Origin: Syncephalis fuscata S228
Lineage: Eukaryota; Fungi; Zoopagomycota
Direction of reading: 5' to 3'
DNA: 64,000 nt
Assembly (NCBI GenBank): GCA_025786725.1
Contig: JAHLTZ010000015.1
Coordinates: 507,951-571,950, forward strand
Positions within the stretch are counted from its first letter, which is position 1; each line of letters starts with the position of its first letter. Below the pieces are notes generated by a model. The model was not told the origin of the DNA, did no database searches, and saw only the letters and a program-made list of their open reading frames with translations. This document shows positions 52,801 to 64,000 of the stretch, piece after piece. A program made the position numbers and the translations under genes.

Positions 52801-55586
52801 TATAAATAGTTATATTACTATGTAACTTACCATTAAATGATATATCACGTAAATGCATTGAAAAACATGAATTATCACGACAAACACCACCGGCTGCTTC
52901 AAATAGACACCATTTAGCAAATGGATCAATTTTAGAACCCATAGTTAAACCATCTAATGATTTAATATTTTCTAGTTGTTGTTGTTGTTGTTGTTGTTGC
53001 TCTAATGGTTGTTGTGTTGACTGGTCTAAATGAGTAGATCGAATATGCGACAACATTGATTGATATGGTTTAAATTGTGATCTAGGCTGTGATAACAACA
53101 ATGGATTTGTCTATTTAATAACATTAATATACTATTATATTAATAATAACATTAATAAATACCTTGGCTTTAGTGAGAATAGAGGCTGACGTGTCATTGG
53201 ATGATGATCGAATAGATTCTTCAGTATTGGGTGAGAATGCCATATCTAATCGATCTAACCAAGTAGTTGATTGCTTATTTGTAATGGGTAGAATAGAATT
53301 GGGTAAAGTGTATAATAATGGTGCATTAGTAGATCGTAGAATACCACCTACAAATACTAATGGTGTTACTATTGGTTCTAATATATCCATCATAGTAGTG
53401 CTTATATCTGTTGATATTACAGATGATGTTAATGTTTTAATAGGTGATTCTGTTGTTAATGCTTCTATCAACTTTGTTATTGTTACTGCATTAGATGCAG
53501 TCTCTGATTCTTTAGATGATGATGTCATCATATCAGATTTGGCTAACTTGGCTCGTTGTAATAATTCGACCCCTTCTCTTAATTCACGTAGACTGCGTTC
53601 ACCAGCATCTAATACTTGTTGGAATTCAGTACGTTGTTGTTCTTCAAATGCTGCTGCTGTTAATGCTGGATCAATAGGATTGGATGTTATCAATCCATGT
53701 TCTGTATTAACTAGTTTATAAGATGTTGTCGATGATATAACTATATCGTTAATGGCGCCTTCTTCATCATCGTTATTATCGTTATCAATAATAATATTGT
53801 GTTCATTATCTGATCCAGTAGAAATGTCCATTGAAGAGGCAAAAGAGGCAACACTTTGTGGCTTTGATATTTTATCCTCTGTGGATATATGCTCTGTATC
53901 TAATTGGTCATAGACTGGTTGCCAGTCAATTGATTCTGGTAATAGCTCGCCTTCTTCTGGTTCATTGTCAGGTAATTCGCCTTCTTCTAATTCACCTTCA
54001 CTATTATTGGCCTCTTCCAGTTCATGATTAGCCTCTTGCGTCTTTTCCATCTCTTCTTGAGTTAATGGTGGAGATGAAGTTACAGCTGCTGTATTTAACT
54101 TTCTTCGACGAACAGTTCGTAACACGTCAAGTCGGGCTTGTTCTACTTCAATACGATTATACAGTTCAGTCTCTCGGGCCCATTGTTGTTCAAGTTGACT
54201 AAGTACAGTACGGTGTTCGTGTTCAGCCATAAGTAGATATTGTCGATATTGTTCCATCTGAGAAGCAGCATGTGCAACTCGTCTCTCAATACCGGCTCGA
54301 TGACTTCCCATGGCATTTAATTTCATTCGAAGCTGTGTCAAATACAATTCAAGTTCGGCTACTTCTTTATCTGGTCCATTAGCTGTTGTTGTATCCGTTG
54401 TTGGCATTGTTACTGTGTCATGCATAGTGGTTGGACTTGTAGTAGACATCTTGTTATAACTGTCTATAGAGTCTATACCATTACTATTAGCTGTAATACC
54501 GTTATTATCTAGCGATACTCTATCCATTTGAACGGTAAATGGTGAAGATGCCAATATTTCCTGGTTATCATCAATTACTGAAGGAGATGACACGACAGGT
54601 TGCGTTGATTGCAAAAGTTTCTGTTCAGCTTTTTCTAATTGAGCAATTCTTTCTCGCATTTCCATAATTTCTCGTTGTTTTTGTTCAAGCAAAGCTGAAG
54701 AGTTGACATAGCCCTTAGTAGATGACTGTAGATTCATTTGATGTTCACCTTCATCGTCTTCATCTTCATCTTCTGAATATAGATGGATAATAATGGGACG
54801 TTGTTCAATAGGCCTGATAAATAGAGAGCGGCGCTGATTGTCTCGCATAGAAGATGCATGTCGTGCCATGGTCGATCCACCAAATACTCTATTTGTTGTT
54901 GTAGTCATTGTTGTGGCAACTGTGTCATTTTTATAACGATCAAATAGTGGATTCTGCCACGATGAAGGCGCAGCAGGTCTACGATACTCTGTATTAAAGT
55001 ATCGCCCCGTTTCTATAGTTGAATTCATCATGGAATTTGTTCTGTGGTGATTCATACCAGTAGCTGTATTATAGTGTGTATTTTCATACAATAAAGATGA
55101 ATTAGCTGCTGGAAATGAATCGGTTGAATAAGATGGTGATTGTTCTAATGTCGCTAACAATACCATTAATCCATTATTATATATTCTACTAGGGATACAA
55201 TGTACTTACACGGTGCTAATACTGATGAATTGTGTATTGGTTGATGTTGCTGACTATAGTTAGTTGTTGAGGCTGCAACAGCTGGATGGCTGTAATGGCC
55301 ATTCATTGATACAGAATGGTTCGATAGTTGATCAACGGTTGATGGTAGAGTAGAATAGGCGTAGTTTGATACGGCAATAGTATGACCAGAAAACACAGGT
55401 GGCTGATTAGAAACACCACTGGTATTATATTCGAACTGTTCTTGTACTAGGAAGATAGAAGGAAACAAATAAATAGTCAGATTTGACACTTTAATGCGCT
55501 TGATTCATCTAGTACTTACTGTTGGTAGATGTCACTTCAGTCTGCCAGTGCTGTGAGTCACTGTCTGAATAGAACGGTTCTGTCAT
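49897..55586 (-). CDS. ZFC3H1/Red1-like zinc-finger, HAT-repeat protein
   Basis: IDPFAKWCLFEAAGGVCRDNSCFSMH (zf-C3H1), EEGEL repeats, a coiled coil and HAT-like LSRALSVHPTSEVLWNMYL. Confidence 0.8.
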
Positions 55587-55748
55587 AGCAGTCACTAGTA
55601 TTTATTACACAGTAAGTAGAATGGCAATTGTAAACTGTATTCAACAAGATAATTAACGAATGTAGGCTTAAAAAGTATATCGTCAAAGTTAAGCAAACAA
55701 AGTTAAAACGGAAAAAGTGAGAAAGAATGGTCATTTAGTCGAATCGTA

Positions 55749-56339
55749 CTTTGACTCCCCTATTTGACTCCCCAAAGTAAAATTTATTTCAACTGAAGTC
55801 ATGTTGTTGTTATACGCAACATAGTTATATTACTTTCTATTAAAATATTGTTAATAAATTGAATTGAATAAAGAATGTAACATACTATTTGTTTTCTTTG
55901 AAGCATTTGAGGCCGATTATTATTGTTGTTGGCTATGTGTAAAAAGATTGATCAAATATTGATAGAAGCCATATGATTGCAATTCCATGCCATTCTACAT
56001 TTGTTGTTATTGCATCTAAATGGTCTCTATTGTTTTCTAATATTATAATGCTGCATTTTGAGCATATTTGCGATGTAAGATCAAGATTAATATAATTATT
56101 ATAAAAGTCGTTTATTAAACAGCCACTTTTCCTATAGCCAATCTGACTAAATAAATGGCTATATATATATTAAAGCAATAATAAAAATAACTAATTAATC
56201 ACATTGTTGTATTGACAATTACACATGAATTGATTAATGTTAGATGCAGTATTATACATGTTATAGCAGTGAATAAGTGTTTAATTGTATTTAAAAGTGT
56301 TGAGAGGTGAAATGGATAAATAAAATGTGGGAGTCAAAG
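55749..56339. mobile_element. MITE family A, best-preserved copy (591 bp)
   Basis: Perfect 11-bp TIR CTTTGACTCCC/GGGAGTCAAAG flanked by TA on both sides; no ORF. Confidence 0.85.
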
Positions 56340-56520
56340 TAAAATAACTCTATTGTTTTAATAAACAAATTTTAATGGTTTAATAGCAATTAATATAACA
56401 TTGATTACACTATTACTAATAAAAATATTAACTGTTATAATCCAATATACAATATATGGGTACAACTCCTTTTCTTTTGTTCTTAGTTTGTCAAGTATCA
56501 AGTATTATAAATTATACATT

Positions 56521-58263
56521 ATGGACAATAGATTACCAGTCTCTATTACTCCGCTACCTAAGCGTCAATTAATAGTCATTTGTTTAGCCCGAGTAGTTGA
56601 AGTCATTTCTTTTACCGTTCATTTGCCCTTTATATATTTTGTAGGTGGTGTCTGTTAGTAAATAGTCTAGTATTAATATTAATATAATGTATGGCTTATA
56701 GATGGTAGGTTCTATATCTATCACCAATGGTCTATTACATTTATCTATTAATTTATATAGGTACAAGATGTACTTGATAGCTCTGATTCTAAACAGATAG
56801 CGTATCATGTTAGCTATCTATCATCTACATTTGGTATTGCGCAGTTTATTAGTGGTCTGTATTAATAATAAATCCATTAATAGCTGTATAGTATCTAATA
56901 TTTCTATTCATTCTATTCATTAGGTGTTCAATGGGGCCATATCTCTGATCGAGTGGGTCGACGTCCTACATTCTTATTCAGCATGTTTATTATTACTATT
57001 AGTTCATTAGTATTGGGATTAAGTCGTTCATTTGCACTTATGTTTGCAATTAATCTTATTGCAGGTCTTGGTAAAAGCAATATTGGTATTATTAAAAGTA
57101 TGATAGGTGAAATAACCGATCCTACTAATCAAGGTAAGTAGTTGTAGTCAGATTAATAACTATGCGACTATAATAACGTATAATTAGCACATGCATTTCG
57201 CTTACTACCTATGATATTTGCTATTGGTGGAGCTACTGGTTCTTTTGTTGGCGGTTCATTGGCACGACCTGCTAAACAATTTCCAGATACATTGGGCCGT
57301 TTAAAACTGTTACAAGATTATCCTTATTTATTGCCAATGGGATTAACTGCACTGCTTTGTGCCATTGGATTTGTAGTTTGTTTATTCTATCTTAAAGAGA
57401 CCCTACCTACTCGTTTAACAAGTCGTTTTACAACAGAGGAAGAACAGGGATTGCTAGATAGTCAGCAAACTGTACAACAGCCTATACTTCCTAAACTATA
57501 CTCTTTTCTGCCGACCATCGATAGAGCAGGTCTTTATGTTATAGGACCGGTAATTCTGTCCTATACCGCTTATACACTATTGTTTTCCATTTTTGATTCT
57601 ATTTCTCTGTTATGGATGTCTACAGCCACAAATCTTCAAGGACTTGGTTTAGATTCAAGTCAGATTGGCTGGTTATTGACTGCAACAAATGTGGCAGCTT
57701 TTCTTGGACAATGGTTCATCTATGTTCCTGTTCATTATCGCTGTGGATCACTTTGGCTATATCGCTATGCATTGATCTTTTATATTCCATTTTCACTATT
57801 GCTTCCACTTTTAGGCCTTATGGTTCATCGTTCATTGATACCAAGTGATACAGGAAATAGTGTTACAGGTGGTTATTGGCACATGCTTTTAATTCTAATA
57901 GCCATTCGAGCTATTGTAAATGTATTTGCAGTGACTTGTCTACAAATGATGGTAAGCAATGTGTATTAATATAAAATTGTAAAAGCTAATACTTATAATT
58001 AGGTGGTTAATGTTGGTCTTAAAATCAATGCATTGGGCGTAGTCAACGGCATTGCCAATAGTTCAAGCTCGTTGGCTTTAGCCTTGGGACCTATAATTTC
58101 AGCGGTCATATGGGATTGGTCTACAAATGCTTCGGGGCTGTTATATCATGGAGCACTGGCCTGGCTGTTTCTTACGGTTGTTGCGCTGTCTAGTCTACTA
58201 TTCTCCATCTGGCTTCCGTCAGAGTTGTCACCTCGTCAACTTTTAGCAGAAGATGCTGACTGA
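56521..58263 (+). CDS. MFS transporter (DHA1/ZIFL-like), multi-exon
   Basis: TPLPKRQL, WGHISDRVGRRP motif A, KSMIGEITDPTNQ, YPYLLP and LKETL. Confidence 0.88.
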
Positions 58264-58708
58264 TAAAGTAATGTTTGGCTTAATCAACTCTAGTGCATTA
58301 TTAAGTTTTTTGTTATTAATGTTGCATATTCAACCAAAAATAATAATTTATAATAATTCCAGCGTATTGAAAACATTTAACTTTGCTGTACTACTATTGT
58401 AATGCTATTGATGTGTAATCTATAAACAAAACAAAGTATGAGAACACATTGGACATTTGACATAGATTGGTTATCGTTAAACTAGTAGCCGAACTATAAC
58501 GCAACAAGCCTTTGCTAATTTATTATCAATTGTCTTTATTTATAAAAAGACCAGTCAGGCACGTGAGCACAGCTTTTATTTAGAACCTTCAACTTGTATT
58601 CTGCAGTCCCTGTGCTTTTTACTTTCTTTTCTTCAAATAATTTACCTTCTACATCATTACTAGTTCATCCAACATAATATTAAAAGTACTTGCTATTTAA
58701 GCAAAAGT

Positions 58709-60427
58709 ATGCTAGGACTACCGATATTTATTAAAGTAAAAATTGAACCAGAGCGTGGTGGACAAGACAATGACGGCGTTACTTCTGTACACTCATTTGT
58801 AGAAACGCACTCGCCACCGCCGGGATATTTACACCGCCAAAGCATAGATCAATTTCTTTTTGATCAACCATCGGAAGATGGACCGGTTGCACCAAATAAT
58901 AGCAACGGAGAGTTATCGCATCCACTTCAGTTAAATCCTTACGCTACACGATCAGCTTCTAATTTAGATTCACTTCGGCCACCCGATTACTTTATCAACG
59001 ATAAGGGTGTATCTAATCGAGATCCGTTAATAGTAGGTATGCTTGGTCGAACACCATCTTACATCTGTGGTCGTGTGCGCGTTTCCTGGAAAGCATCCAA
59101 ACCAACTGGTAATTCTACCAACTCAAGCGGTCAATGGAGTAGTAGTGAATCGCCCTATCAGCCATTGCAGTTAAAAATACTTTTTTCTGGTGTTTTATAC
59201 GTATTCGGTTCTAAAAAGTATGTTAATGCGGAAAATTCATTTATACGAAAAGCTCCTATACGTAAAAATATAATTGATAAAAAGTTTGTTATATGGAAGG
59301 AGGGAAGTGCAGAAGGTGCGCGCAATGCTCATATATATCCTGTATATGATTTTGCTAAAAAACAATACACATTATTGGTGCCATTTAAAATTACTATTCC
59401 AGATCCTGTTGCTAATAGCTATGTATCGACATTCGCCTTAGTAAGCTATTCGCTAAAAGCCACGCTTAACTATCAATTTAGCAGCTTTTTCTCCAATTCA
59501 CTTAGTCTTAAAACCTCAAGTTCTCGTGATTTGAAGATAAGACGGTGGCCTGGCTTTGAACAGTCTGAAAATGATACGTCCGTCGAAGCGCGCAGCATAG
59601 GACAGCAGGCGTCACAAATGGGCTTTGTGTATAATGTTCGTATCCCACACTCATATTATGCTGGTGGTGACACGGCCAAGATAGACTTGTGTGTTGGCCC
59701 AGGTCTTATAAGTTTATTAAATACCGACTCAAATAACAATATTAATAATGTAGATCAAACAGATAATCCATTCCAATCAACATCGCAACAAACATCGGTA
59801 ATTACAGCACAAAGTAGCCAAAATTCCGGTGATCTTCCACCAATGCCACCAGCTTACACTGTTGCAGCAGTTAACTCATTAGAGCCAGGAGTAATTGCAG
59901 ACTTGCAAACACTCGATACGGTAACAGATAATTCCGCTGTAAAACCAAGTGTTGAATTAAAACGTATAATTGTAAAGTTGGTGCGTCGAGAAAAGGTTAT
60001 TTATCTCGATTATTTTGGAAAATCCTCAAGTACAATGGCTGAAATGTCTTTTGATGCACCACCTTACGATCCTGTAACAAAAACATACAAGCACACAGTA
60101 TTTCTTACTATTCCCCAGGTTAATTCACCAACACTTCGTACAGTTGCAATACATACCAACTATTTTATAACCGTAACTATGGTCATGCGTGGGACGTCGA
60201 ATACAACGGCCGAACTCCCGATAAAGTTAATGCCGATTACACGAGATGAACGTCGTATGCCAGCAAACACAGAATATGGCTTGCCACTATGCGCTCAATC
60301 TGCAAACGGCCAATCAATAAACGGAGGTGGTGATAGCAATCTTGCATCATCAGCAATGCAGCAATCGTACAGCCAAGGATGGGATACGGCCTACGTTGAA
60401 CCGCCACCACCTTACTCTGGCGAGTAA
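58709..60427 (+). CDS. Arrestin-like adaptor with PY motifs
   Basis: 572-aa ORF with arrestin-like strands (VSYSLKATL, YYAGGDTAKIDL, HTNYFITVTM) and PPGY/PPDY/PPAY/PPPY motifs. Confidence 0.7.
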   Translation: MLGLPIFIKVKIEPERGGQDNDGVTSVHSFVETHSPPPGYLHRQSIDQFLFDQPSEDGPVAPNNSNGELSHPLQLNPYATRSASNLDSLRPPDYFINDKGVSNRDPLIVGMLGRTPSYICGRVRVSWKASKPTGNSTNSSGQWSSSESPYQPLQLKILFSGVLYVFGSKKYVNAENSFIRKAPIRKNIIDKKFVIWKEGSAEGARNAHIYPVYDFAKKQYTLLVPFKITIPDPVANSYVSTFALVSYSLKATLNYQFSSFFSNSLSLKTSSSRDLKIRRWPGFEQSENDTSVEARSIGQQASQMGFVYNVRIPHSYYAGGDTAKIDLCVGPGLISLLNTDSNNNINNVDQTDNPFQSTSQQTSVITAQSSQNSGDLPPMPPAYTVAAVNSLEPGVIADLQTLDTVTDNSAVKPSVELKRIIVKLVRREKVIYLDYFGKSSSTMAEMSFDAPPYDPVTKTYKHTVFLTIPQVNSPTLRTVAIHTNYFITVTMVMRGTSNTTAELPIKLMPITRDERRMPANTEYGLPLCAQSANGQSINGGGDSNLASSAMQQSYSQGWDTAYVEPPPPYSGE

Positions 60428-60836
60428 TGTTGTTATTTGTCTAAATCTTGTTACCACCCTAATAAAACTAATTAGTACGATAGATACATGGTTGATTGAT
60501 AGTTTTGTATTCAGATAGCCATGAGATTGCTATTTATAACACTTTTGCACCATATTTATTATTATTCTACCGGATAATACTACATCCAGTTTATTTGGTA
60601 TCCCGACTCTACCATAAAAGTAAATTGGCTAGATATTTATTGATGTCCCAATCTGTATCGATATTCTATCGTGTATAATCACATGTGCGTTCACAACATA
60701 GTTGTTTACCATTAAAGGAACCATTTTTCTATAAATTCGATTGAAATGCGTCCATTTTTTGTATTTGCCAATTAGCCTTCAATACCATTTTTTAAACCAG
60801 CTTTATTTTCCAGCTATCAAGCGACCGCTGATTAGA

Positions 60837-61813
60837 ATGTTTTCCACTAAACTTACTACTGCTGCAATAGCTATTTGCTTAGCAGTAAACGTATTACTAG
60901 CTACACAAATTAGCGCAGCTATACCCAAAATATTTAAAAAAAATGGTACAAGTTTATTATTTATTTGATAATAATATATACTAATTGTAAATGGATCTAG
61001 GATATGAAATAAACGACCTTTTAAGCTTTTCGTCCGCTAATCAGGGATTAACTAAATATGGGATTAGTCTGACAATGTCTTTTACTTCTTCCGATGGGCT
61101 ACTACGTGCCAAAGCAAATTATGGCTCAATGGCGGTTATGGTTTTGTGTGGCAGTAATGGCGAAAATCAACCCAAAGATCAAGTTTTTCAAATTTACAAG
61201 GTAAATAGAATCTAGTAAAACAATCGTACTTTAGCCAATTTGCAATATTAACTAAAAAAAATTATAGAAAATTTACAAGACAACGGTAAAAAGTATAATG
61301 CTATCCTACTCAAGCCAGTATCTTTTACGACCAAAATCTAGTTTTTCGCTAAAAGACGGTATTTGTTACGTGGTGCCAAGTGAATGTAAAACAACGCTAA
61401 AACAACATCTATTAAAGCCTACTAATGATACGCCGGAAAAGAAACGTACCTATGCACGTCAACTACTGGAGGATATTTGTCGTGGTAGGTAATTTGAGTT
61501 GGCACTATTGAAGTAGCTAATCAACGAGTAATTAGGTATTGTTTATCTTTTATTGCACGGATGGCTTTACAACCCAAGTTTAACAAGTAAGTACTACTAA
61601 TGCTAAATCACTTAGGCTTATTAACTGCCGTTAGATATTTGCATGGATGCAAGCCAACCGTTGTTTATCGACTATACTGATGCTCAATCAGTGACGCCGG
61701 GTAAACTTATCAGAGGTAATGCCGTTTTTGACGAGGCGACTGATTCAAAGTTTGAAGAAAAAGTAACCAAAATTGAAACCGCTATAAATCGAATTTACTT
61801 AACCTTTTTGTAA
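60837..61813 (+). CDS. Secreted protein, possibly a degenerate kinase-like fold, multi-exon
   Basis: Signal peptide MFSTKLTTAAIAICLAVNVLLATQISA; CYVV...TTLKQHL...QLLEDICRGIVYL resembles the kinase hinge to alphaE region. Confidence 0.55.
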
Positions 61814-62149
61814 ATTGCTCTTATTGTAATATGCCAACGTTTACAAAATAAAAAGTTTTTTAATTTAATTAATAATAATAATATAGGATGATATTCTGAA
61901 ATAAAACATCAATTATAAGCATAAATAAGTACAAAGAATATGAGCCAAAAGGTTTAAATATTTTTTATTGATAACAAAAACGAACAATTATATAAATAGA
62001 TTTTGTTTAAGAATGATGCTTGAAATGTGAATAAAAGTGCGCAATTACAATTATTGGCATTTTTTGTTTAAATTGGTGTTAATTATTACATTTATACCAT
62101 CGTGAACGAGTTTTATAGCAGCAATACAAGCCTACAGATCATTTGTCTA

Positions 62150-64000
62150 ATTTTTATTTGAGCTGATGAATAATACAAAATTGTTTTAATTATTAACATT
62201 TACATTTTGGAAGAACTTATTCACAAGTGATTAATTGAAGTTACAATGTAGTGTTTCCGTTTTCTTATACTTAATTACAGCATATTGATTAGTGATATTC
62301 GACTACTTGCGTTGTTCATTCATTCCAATGACATTCACTGTTCATTTTCATCTATCTTGCTTCCTTTCCACTTAATATTCTTTGTCTCTAGCAGTATCAT
62401 TGACTAGTACGCACACTCGGTTCATTTAATATACAATTGTTTAACTAGCTAAATTGAATAACATTATAGCCAACATAAAAGCGCCAATTATACAATGTTC
62501 AATGATACAGTATCTATTTCACAACATTGCATACATTCAAGTCAAATGATATAGTAACGTTGTTATATACAATCTATATCGTTCGTGAATAAGCAGTAAT
62601 TTAGTAGTGGTTTGTGTTAATCAAATGGCGACTTTATTAAGTAATAATGACTACATACTAATGATAATTTTAGTACTTATAATATGCTTGTAAATAATTA
62701 AATACTAATTGTTATTTAAATAATAATAGCATTATAATTACTTTAGTTTACATTGTTCACTAACATAGCGCATTTTTACAAGTTTATTGTTAATATATTA
62801 ATCAATTAATGTTTGCAATCTTTGTAAGCAAATGGAATATGAACATAGCTATAATAGCTTAATCAAACATAATTAAGATGGAACCACATGTTTATTACTA
62901 CAAGTTTGTATAGTTGATTGCATACAAACAAATACAGACTTGTTGGTAATATAAGAAATCCATCGATTAAGGGTTGAATAAACCGGGGCATTGGCTGGGA
63001 CTTGGTAGATGAATGGGCTGAGTGGTGTAGTTGTCAAATGATCTTGATTCTTGCCGAATATATACCTAAAATATATGTGACTTGCAGTTCAATCATACTG
63101 CCGATGCCAATGTCTTGAATGCACCAGTTATTCTATAATCATGAGTACATATATAAACATCATATGGTTAGCGTATGAGTTAGCATTATATTATTCTACT
63201 TACAAACTATTAATACAGATTATCAAACACAAAGTGTACAATATATATTTAGAGCATAGTTAATTAATATACAGTACTACTTACTGGCTATTAATACAAG
63301 TCATCAAACACACAAAGTACACGGTATATATTTAGCGCATAGTCGATTATTATACAGTACCACTTACTTTCTATTAATACAAAGTATTAAACATACAATG
63401 CACAGTATGTATTTAGTGCATAGCCAATTAATGTACAATGTCACTTACTGTCTATTAATACAAAGTATTAAACATACAATGCCAGTATGTATTTAGCGCA
63501 TAGTCAATCAATATACAGTACTACTTACGAGCTATTAATACAAGTCATCAAACACACAAAGTACATGGTGTGTATTTAGCGTATAGTCAATCAATATAAA
63601 ATACTACTTACGAGCTATTAATACAAGTCATCAAACACACAAAGTGCACAGTATGTGTTTAGCGTATAGTCAACAAATATACAATACTACTTACGACCTA
63701 TTAATAAAAAGCATCAAACATACAAAAAATAGAGTATATATTTAGTGCATAATCAATTAATACACAATGCCACTTACTGCCTATTAATACAATTCATCAA
63801 ACGCGCAAAATGTACGCTATATGCTTAATGTATAGTCAATTAATATAAAATGCCACTTACGACCTATTAATACAATTCATCAAACACACAAAATGTACGC
63901 TGTGTTTAATATATAGTCTCTTAATATAAAATACCACTTACGAGCTATTAATACAAGTCATTAAATACACAAAGTACATGGTATATATTTAGTGCATAAT
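62150..64000. repeat. Duplicated locus, copy 3 (truncated by the window end), with an 80-83 bp tandem array at 63195-64000
   Basis: Downstream flank matches 33555-34607 (inverted) and 4254-4740 (direct). Confidence 0.9.
63131..64000 (-). CDS. Micro-exon peptide gene copy 3, 3' part (at least ten 3-nt exons): ...xRRSPPHKTI*
   Basis: AG|NNN|GT exons at 63942, 63861, 63778, 63695, 63612, 63529, 63449, 63368, 63285 and 63204; TAA is formed at the last junction. Exon 1 lies outside the window. Confidence 0.75.

Noticed and set aside
53164-53721. Long antisense ORFs (also 10759, 17049, 24875, 48823)
   Set aside because: Shadows of real genes on the opposite strand.

Overview
AT-rich eukaryotic DNA with many short GT-AG introns. 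This is a fungal genome, probably an early-diverging fungus (Zoopagomycota/Syncephalis-like; inferred from gene style only). Ordinary genes: ALG9, an SDR, a WD40 protein, HEM3, a Myb/SANT-like protein, an STK32/YANK kinase, a heme-thiolate peroxidase, an SLC35F transporter, VPS11, an AlkB-like oxygenase, a WW-domain protein, YPT1, a SIKE-family protein, a ZFC3H1/Red1-like protein, an MFS transporter, an arrestin-like protein and a secreted kinase-like protein. The main finding is invisible in the ORF track. The ~83-bp tandem repeats at 4.7-6.2 kb, 33.4-33.6 kb and 63.2-64 kb read as arrays of near-identical ~80-nt spliceosomal introns separated by variable exons of exactly 3 nt. Spliced by hand to an upstream signal-peptide exon, they give a three-member family of secreted, Kex2-type precursors with unrelated C-terminal peptides: GGAPFGFGQGKSH, APQDGEE and ...RRSPPHKTI. 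Splicing is predicted from sequence, not demonstrated. Also present: a tRNA-headed SINE-like insert in these introns, a decayed Fanzor/TnpB-like RuvC remnant with a repeated 3' segment (candidate omegaRNA/right end), and a TA-flanked MITE family. Several 1-nt frameshifts in conserved genes suggest assembly indel errors.
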